A stretch of 32,000 nucleotides of DNA from Xanthomonas campestris pv. campestris str. ATCC 33913 (GTDB lineage Bacteria; Pseudomonadota; Gammaproteobacteria; Xanthomonadales; Xanthomonadaceae). Shown here piece after piece: positions 26,750-32,000 of this stretch; position 1 is the stretch's first letter, and each line of letters starts with the position of its first letter. The DNA lies in NCBI RefSeq assembly GCF_000007145.1, contig NC_003902.1, positions 3,356,497-3,388,496 on the forward strand. Reading direction: 5' to 3'. Below the pieces are notes generated by a model, which was not told the DNA's origin, did not search any database, and was given only the letters and a program-made list of their open reading frames with translations. The translations under genes were made by a program, and so were the position numbers.

Positions 26750-28753
26750 ATGGCGCGTTCGCGCGCCGTGCACGAGGCTTCGCCAACCATGGGTCGGGTG
26801 ACTACCCCGACAGCTTCCATCGCCGCCCGCCCTTCCCGCCAACCACGCCGACGCCGCTGGTTGATCGGCACCGGCATCGTGCTGGCACTGATCGTGATCC
26901 TGGTGCTGGTGTTCGACTGGAACTGGTTGCGCGGCCCGGTGGAGCGCGCAGTCAGCGCCAAGACGGGGCGCGAATTCCACCTGGGCCATCTGGATGTGGA
27001 TCTGGGCCGCATCGTCACCGTGCGCGGTGAGCAGCTGAGCCTGGGCAATGCTGCATGGTCCAAACGCGGCCCCATGGCGCAGATGCGCTCAGCCGAAATC
27101 GATGTCGAATTCTGGCCATTGCTGCGCGGCAAGGTGCGCCTGCCGGAGATCCGGCTGGAGCACACCAAGGTGGTACTGGAAGCCGGCGACGATACCCACC
27201 CCGGCAACTGGGTGTTCGAGACCAGCGGTGGCGATGGCACCCTGCCGCGATTGGGCCGGTTGCTGGTGCAGGACGGCCGGCTGCAGTACATCGATGCGGC
27301 CAACAAGTCTGACGTGGACGTCGCCATCAACAGCCTGGCACCACCGCGCAGCGATCAGCGCGCCGCGCCGATCGGCATCGACGGCAAGGGTCGCTGGAAG
27401 GCGTATCCCTTCACGCTCAAAGGCAATACCGCCTCGCCGCTGGAGCTGAGCCAGACCGAGCACCCGTTCCGGATCGACCTGCGCGGCAGTGCCGGGGCCA
27501 CCCGCACCCACGTGCGCGGCACGCTGACCAATCCGTTTCAGTTCCAGGTGTTCGACCTGCAGATGGCATTGAGCGGCCAGGACATGGAGGACCTGTATCC
27601 GCTAACCGGCGTGGCGATTCCCTCCACCCCGCCGTACACGCTGGATGGCCACCTGCGCCGCAACGGCGATATCTGGCGCTACGAAGATTTCACCGGCAAG
27701 GCCGGCGATAGCGATCTCTCAGGCACCGCCGAAGTGGATCTGCGCAACAAGCGCCCCTTCCTGCGCGCCGATCTGGCCTCCAAACGCCTGGATTTCGACG
27801 ACCTCGCCGGGTTTGTCGGTGCACCGCCCAAGACCGGCGCCAACGAATCGGCTAACGCCGAGCAAAAGAAGCGGGCAGCGCAATTGGCCGCCGACACCCG
27901 CGTACTGCCCGACACGCCCTATGACCTGTCCAAATTGCGGGCGATGGATGCGCAGGTGCGCTGGCGCGCGCAGCGCATCAATACACCGTCATGGCCGCTG
28001 GACGACATGGATGCATCGCTGCGCTTGAAGGATGGATTGCTGCAGCTGGATCCACTCAATTTCGGCGTGGCGGGCGGCGATATCCGCTCCACCATCCGCA
28101 TGGACGCACGCAACCCGGTGATTTCCACCCAGCTGCAGGCCGCGATTCGCGGTATCCGCCTGGACAAGCTGTTTCCCGATGCCACCCTGGCCAAGCAGGC
28201 GTCTGGCGCAATCGGTGGCGATCTGGATCTGAAAGGACGTGGCAACTCGATCGCCGCCATGCTCGGTACCGCCGACGGCTCGATCGGTGTGGGCATGGGC
28301 CGCGGTCACGTGGGCAACCTGATCATGGAACTGGCCGGCCTGGATATTGCCGAATCGCTGAAATACCTTGTCACCCGCGACCGGCAGATTCCGGTGCGCT
28401 GCATCTTCGGCGACTTCGGTGTGCGCGATGGCGTGATGCAATCGCGCGCGCTGGCCTTCGACAGCACCGACACCATCATCATCGGCGAAGGAAGTATCAG
28501 TTTGAAGGACGAGCAGCTGGATCTGCTGCTGCGCCCGCGCCCGAAAGATCGCAGCATCCTCAGTCTGCGCTCGCCGCTGCGGATCGGCGGGACCTTCAAG
28601 GACCCGTCGTTCCGCCCGGATTTCAAGGCGCTGGGCGTGCGTGGCGCCATCGCGGTTGCACTGGGCAGCATCGCCCCGCCCGCTGCCCTGCTGGCGACCT
28701 TCGAACCCGGGCCCGGCAAGGACAGCGATTGCGGCGGCAAGTACGCGCAGTAA
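26750..28753 (+). CDS. AsmA-family outer-membrane biogenesis / lipid-transfer-like protein
   Basis: An N-terminal Arg-rich segment and single TM (WLIGTGIVLALIVILVLVF) are followed by a long beta-rich periplasmic region and an AsmA-like C-terminus (LDPLNFGVAGGDI...SL-SPLRIGGTF-DPSFRPD). It starts 3 nt after the previous stop. An alternative start is ATG 26789. Confidence 0.8.
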   Translation: MARSRAVHEASPTMGRVTTPTASIAARPSRQPRRRRWLIGTGIVLALIVILVLVFDWNWLRGPVERAVSAKTGREFHLGHLDVDLGRIVTVRGEQLSLGNAAWSKRGPMAQMRSAEIDVEFWPLLRGKVRLPEIRLEHTKVVLEAGDDTHPGNWVFETSGGDGTLPRLGRLLVQDGRLQYIDAANKSDVDVAINSLAPPRSDQRAAPIGIDGKGRWKAYPFTLKGNTASPLELSQTEHPFRIDLRGSAGATRTHVRGTLTNPFQFQVFDLQMALSGQDMEDLYPLTGVAIPSTPPYTLDGHLRRNGDIWRYEDFTGKAGDSDLSGTAEVDLRNKRPFLRADLASKRLDFDDLAGFVGAPPKTGANESANAEQKKRAAQLAADTRVLPDTPYDLSKLRAMDAQVRWRAQRINTPSWPLDDMDASLRLKDGLLQLDPLNFGVAGGDIRSTIRMDARNPVISTQLQAAIRGIRLDKLFPDATLAKQASGAIGGDLDLKGRGNSIAAMLGTADGSIGVGMGRGHVGNLIMELAGLDIAESLKYLVTRDRQIPVRCIFGDFGVRDGVMQSRALAFDSTDTIIIGEGSISLKDEQLDLLLRPRPKDRSILSLRSPLRIGGTFKDPSFRPDFKALGVRGAIAVALGSIAPPAALLATFEPGPGKDSDCGGKYAQ

Positions 28754-28762
28754 CGCCTCGCC

Positions 28763-29191
28763 TCAGCTGGCGATGTAGCGCTGCAACTGGTCGATATCGT
28801 GTTGCTGCGCTTCGATCACCGCCTTGACCAGATCGCCGATGGAAATCACGCCCTGCACGCGGCCGTTATCCACCACCGGTAGATGCCGGAAACGGCCATC
28901 GGTCATCAGCTGCATGCAGTGCTCGACCGAGTCTGCGGGCGACACCGTCACCACCGCGTGGCTCATGATCTCGGCCACACTGGTGCTGGACGAGGAACGG
29001 TCCCGCAACACCACCTTGCGCGCGTAATCCCGCTCGGACACGATGCCGACCAGGCGCTCGCCCTCCATCACCAACACCGCACCGATGCTCTTGTCGGCCA
29101 TCAAACGGATGGCCTCGATCACCGCGGCGTCGGCCGCGACGGAAAACACCTCAACCTGCTTCATCCCCAACAGCTGCCGTACCGTTTGCAT
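28763..29191 (-). CDS. CBS-pair domain protein
   Basis: 142 aa with two CBS motifs (GAVLVMEGERLVGIVSERD and RHLPVVDNGRVQGVISIGDL). Its start overlaps the 3' end of the upstream GT2 gene by 41 nt. Confidence 0.85.
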   Translation of the reverse strand: MQTVRQLLGMKQVEVFSVAADAAVIEAIRLMADKSIGAVLVMEGERLVGIVSERDYARKVVLRDRSSSSTSVAEIMSHAVVTVSPADSVEHCMQLMTDGRFRHLPVVDNGRVQGVISIGDLVKAVIEAQQHDIDQLQRYIAS

Positions 29192-30209
29192 GGCCTGCTC
29201 CGCGATTGGACTGGTCGCCCGAGAATACTCCCGCCGCGCCGCGATACGTGTCGATCAGATACAGCGGCCGTTGCTTGGCCTCGTCGTACAGGCGCCCCAG
29301 GTACTCGCCGATCATGCCCAGCGCAATCAGCTGGATGCCGCCCAGGAACAGGATGATCGACATCATGGTCGGCCAGCCGGGCACCGGGTCGCCCATCAGC
29401 GCCGCCTTGACGATCACCCATCCACCGAACCCGAACGCCACCAGTGCCGTCAGCATGCCCAGGTAGGTGGCCGCGCGCAGCGGCACGGTGGAGAAGCTGG
29501 TGATGCCGTCCAGCGCGAAATTCCACAGCCGCCACACCGTGAACTTGCTGCGCCCCGACAGGCGCGGTGCGCGCCGGTACGGGAGCGCCACCTGGCGAAA
29601 TCCCACCCAGCCAAACAGGCCTTTCATGAAACGATGGCGTTCGCGCAATTGCTGCAGCGCCTGCACCACCCGAGGCGAGAGCAGCCGGAAATCACCGGTG
29701 TCGGCAGGAATCGGCGTTCGCGACAATTGCCGGATCACCCGGTAGAACGCATGCGCGGCCGCACGCTTCAACCAGCTCTCGCCTTCGCGAAACACCCGCG
29801 TGCCAAAGATGTTGTCGTACCCGGCGCGCCACAACGCGACGAACTCGGGAATGAGCTCCGGCGGATCCTGGCCATCGGCGTCCAGCAGCACCACCGCGCC
29901 CGGCAGCACATGGTCCAGACCGGCCGAGATCGCCACTTCCTTGCCGAAATTACGCGACAACCGCACTGCACTGACCTGCGCATCGGCATCGGTGAGCGCC
30001 TGCAGCACCTGCCAGGTGTCGTCGGTGCTGCCATCGTCGACATACAGCACGTGCGTCTGCACGCCGCTCAGGCCAGCCAGGACACCCTGCAGGCGCGGGT
30101 GCAGCAACGGGATGCTGGTCGCCTCGTTGAAGGCGGCAATCACCACGGTCAGGCGTTCCGCAGTGAGCGGAGCGTTCTGATCGGCCGGCAGCATCGCGGT
30201 CGCGCTCAT
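29151..30209 (-). CDS. family 2 glycosyltransferase, polyprenyl-phosphate sugar transferase type (ArnC/GtrB/DPM1-like) with two C-terminal TM helices
   Basis: [10 protein letters not shown]...YVDDGSTD...[10 protein letters not shown]...[10 protein letters not shown] (DxD region)...DTGDFRL, then two hydrophobic helices and EY-GR-Y-E. ATG 30209 overlaps the mtgA stop (ATGA). Confidence 0.9.
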   Translation of the reverse strand: MSATAMLPADQNAPLTAERLTVVIAAFNEATSIPLLHPRLQGVLAGLSGVQTHVLYVDDGSTDDTWQVLQALTDADAQVSAVRLSRNFGKEVAISAGLDHVLPGAVVLLDADGQDPPELIPEFVALWRAGYDNIFGTRVFREGESWLKRAAAHAFYRVIRQLSRTPIPADTGDFRLLSPRVVQALQQLRERHRFMKGLFGWVGFRQVALPYRRAPRLSGRSKFTVWRLWNFALDGITSFSTVPLRAATYLGMLTALVAFGFGGWVIVKAALMGDPVPGWPTMMSIILFLGGIQLIALGMIGEYLGRLYDEAKQRPLYLIDTYRGAAGVFSGDQSNRGAGHANGTAAVGDEAG

Positions 30210-30946
30210 GGCGCCTGCAGATAGCCGGGGCCACCCAACTGGCGGGCCTGGCGCTGGATCCACGCAGTGCGGCGCTGCACATAGGCGCCGGGGCGGCGCG
30301 CGTCATAGCGGCGCGGCGATGGCAGTACCGCTGCAAGACGCGCCGATTCGGTCGGCGTCAGCCGCGACGCATCCTTGCCCCAGAATTGCCGCGCAGCTGC
30401 TTGCGCGCCATAAATTCCGTCGCCGAATTCGGCCACGTTCACGTACATCTCCAGGATGCGCTGCTTGGGCCAGAACAGCTCGATCAGCAGCGTGTACCAG
30501 GCCTCCAGCCCCTTGCGCACCCAACTGCGGCCTTGCCACAGGAACACGTTCTTGGCGACCTGCTGACTGATGGTGCTGGCGCCGCGCACGCGGCCACCGC
30601 GCGCGTTGTAATCGCGTGCCTTCTCGATCGCCTGTAGATCGAACCCATGGTGAGACGGAAACTGCTGGTCTTCGGCGGCCACCACCGAAATCGGCAGGCT
30701 GGGCGCGATCTCGTCGAGGTCGCGCCACTGATGGTGCAGCGAGAACCCCGCCTCGCCCTCGCCCCAGGCCTCCAGGTAGCGGCCCACCATCACCGTGCTG
30801 ATGGGCGGGTCGATGATGCGCAGCGCCAACACCTGCAGCACGCTCGCTGCGGCGAACAGCAACGGTGCCGCCAGCACCCAGCGCAGCGAGCGCCGCGCCC
30901 GACGCGGTGGCCTGGCCTGCTTGTCATCCAATCCGTCCGTCCCCAT
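30206..30946 (-). CDS. mtgA: monofunctional biosynthetic peptidoglycan transglycosylase
   Basis: An N-terminal anchor followed by GT51 motifs ([58 protein letters not shown]). Confidence 0.95.
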   Translation of the reverse strand: MGTDGLDDKQARPPRRARRSLRWVLAAPLLFAAASVLQVLALRIIDPPISTVMVGRYLEAWGEGEAGFSLHHQWRDLDEIAPSLPISVVAAEDQQFPSHHGFDLQAIEKARDYNARGGRVRGASTISQQVAKNVFLWQGRSWVRKGLEAWYTLLIELFWPKQRILEMYVNVAEFGDGIYGAQAAARQFWGKDASRLTPTESARLAAVLPSPRRYDARRPGAYVQRRTAWIQRQARQLGGPGYLQAP

Positions 30947-30948
30947 TG
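30920..30948 (+). promoter_or_regulatory. candidate sigma32 (heat-shock) promoter for hslO
   Basis: CTTGTCA (30920-30926), a 14-nt spacer, then CCCCATTG (30941-30948). Compare the E. coli-type sigma32 consensus CTTGAAA-N13-15-CCCCATNT. It lies 71 nt upstream of the hslO ATG and overlaps the first codons of the divergent mtgA. Confidence 0.35.
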
Positions 30949-31018
30949 TTCGCTACGACCTTCATCCCGATGCCTGCCGCATTATCCGGCACTGGCGTCC
31001 CTTACGTCCGACGCTCCC

Positions 31019-31909
31019 ATGACCGATCACGATCAGCTTTCCCGTTTCCTGTTGCCTGCCGCCGGCGTGCGTGGCGTGCATGTGCGTCTGACCCAGGCCT
31101 GGCGCGACATCCAGGGCGCTGCCCACTACCCGCCATTTGCACGCCAGTTGCTTGGCGAAGCCGCAGTCGCGTCCGCGCTGTTCACCGGCCACACCAAGGT
31201 AGACGGCAGGCTGTCGGTGCAGTTGCGCGGCAATGACCGCCTACGCACGCTGTTTGCCGAATGCACCGCTGCCGGCACCTTGCGCGGCATCGTCCAGATC
31301 GCCGACGGTGCCGATGCGCCCACCGATCTGCGCGAGCTCGGCGACGACGCCCTGCTGGCCATCACCATCGAGAACCCCGGCCTGGACCCGCGCGAACCGC
31401 AGCGCTACCAGAGCCTGGTGGGCATGCAGGCGCCGGATCTGGCCGAAGCGTTCGAAACCTACTTCCTGCAGTCCGAGCAGCTGCCCACCCGCCTGCTGCT
31501 GGCCGCCGGGCCTGACCAGGCTGCGGGCCTGTTGCTGCAAAAGCTGCCCGGCGACGAAGGCGACACCGACGGCTGGACCCGCGTCGGCGCCCTGTTCGAC
31601 ACCCTGGGCGCCCCGGAACTGCTTTCGGTCGCCGGCGAAGACCTGCTGCATCGTCTATTCCATGAAGAAGCGCCCGAACTGGTGGGCAACAAGGCGCTAA
31701 GCTTCGGCTGTTCCTGCTCACGCGAGCGCGTCGCCGCAATGCTGCAGTCGCTGGGCGAAGACGAAGCGCGCGCGGCGGCGGAGCCGACTGGGGAAGTCGA
31801 GGTGCGGTGCGAGTTCTGCGGGCGTGAGTATCACTTCCCGTTGACCGAGCTGGACGTACTTTTCAGCGAGGCGCAGCCATCGCAGGATGCGCCGGAACGG
31901 TTGCAGTAG
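31019..31909 (+). CDS. hslO: redox-regulated chaperone Hsp33
   Basis: MTDHDQLSRFLL...VRGV-VRL, plus the C-terminal zinc/redox switch CSCS...CEFCG (CxC...CxxC). The ORF-track start at 30647 is an artefactual extension antisense to mtgA. Confidence 0.93.
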   Translation: MTDHDQLSRFLLPAAGVRGVHVRLTQAWRDIQGAAHYPPFARQLLGEAAVASALFTGHTKVDGRLSVQLRGNDRLRTLFAECTAAGTLRGIVQIADGADAPTDLRELGDDALLAITIENPGLDPREPQRYQSLVGMQAPDLAEAFETYFLQSEQLPTRLLLAAGPDQAAGLLLQKLPGDEGDTDGWTRVGALFDTLGAPELLSVAGEDLLHRLFHEEAPELVGNKALSFGCSCSRERVAAMLQSLGEDEARAAAEPTGEVEVRCEFCGREYHFPLTELDVLFSEAQPSQDAPERLQ

Positions 31910-31948
31910 AGAGCATCTGGCAAGCGACGTTCTGGGGAGAGCGAGGAC

Positions 31949-31977
31949 TTGTTAAATATTCATAAACACCCTAGCAT
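31949..31977 (+). promoter_or_regulatory. candidate sigma70 promoter pointing out of the window
   Basis: TTGTTA (31949-31954), a 17-nt spacer, then TAGCAT (31972-31977), inside the only strongly AT-rich patch of the window (31948-31968). Confidence 0.3.
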
Positions 31978-32000
31978 CCTCACTGCCCGCTATCGGGAAC

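Noticed and set aside
26758-26783. PIP-box-like TTCGC-N16-TTCGC (HrpX regulon motif)
   Set aside because: The spacer is 16 nt rather than 15. The element also lies inside the first codons of the AsmA-family gene rather than upstream of a promoter.
29043-30224. 393-aa ORF on the + strand
   Set aside because: It is antisense to the GT2 glycosyltransferase, another shadow frame.

Overview
This is a high-GC (about 65%) chromosomal segment. Its gene content and order look like a Xanthomonas-type gammaproteobacterium; that assignment is inference, not a database result. I call 22 protein-coding genes, nearly all recognisable housekeeping or envelope functions. In order they are: the hemE 3' end; an MdtD-like MFS transporter; three tandem paralogous propeller-type hybrid sensor kinases; a yceI / cytochrome b561 / yceI operon; a glutaredoxin-like gene; sdaA; a secreted alpha/beta hydrolase; a metX-metB-hom operon; an M23 peptidase; prfC; a hemolysin-III family gene; an AsmA-family gene; a CBS-pair gene; a GT2 glycosyltransferase; mtgA; and hslO. 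A clear SAM-I (S-box) riboswitch precedes the met operon. I see no tRNA or rRNA genes, CRISPR arrays, IS elements, integrases or defence-island signatures, so the window reads as core genome and I cannot point to a convincing new multi-gene system. The parts the gene calls do not explain are non-coding. They are a roughly 1 kb hemE-mdtD spacer built from a decaying ~100-nt tandem repeat, a 379-bp convergent spacer with a strongly over-represented GGCATGC heptamer, a 590-bp unassigned spacer after sdaA, and several palindromes and promoter-like elements. The kinase triplet (sensor domains diverged, transmitter and receiver domains conserved, no HPt domain or response regulator nearby) is the most interesting coding feature. 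The many long ORFs antisense to real genes are high-GC shadow frames and are rejected.
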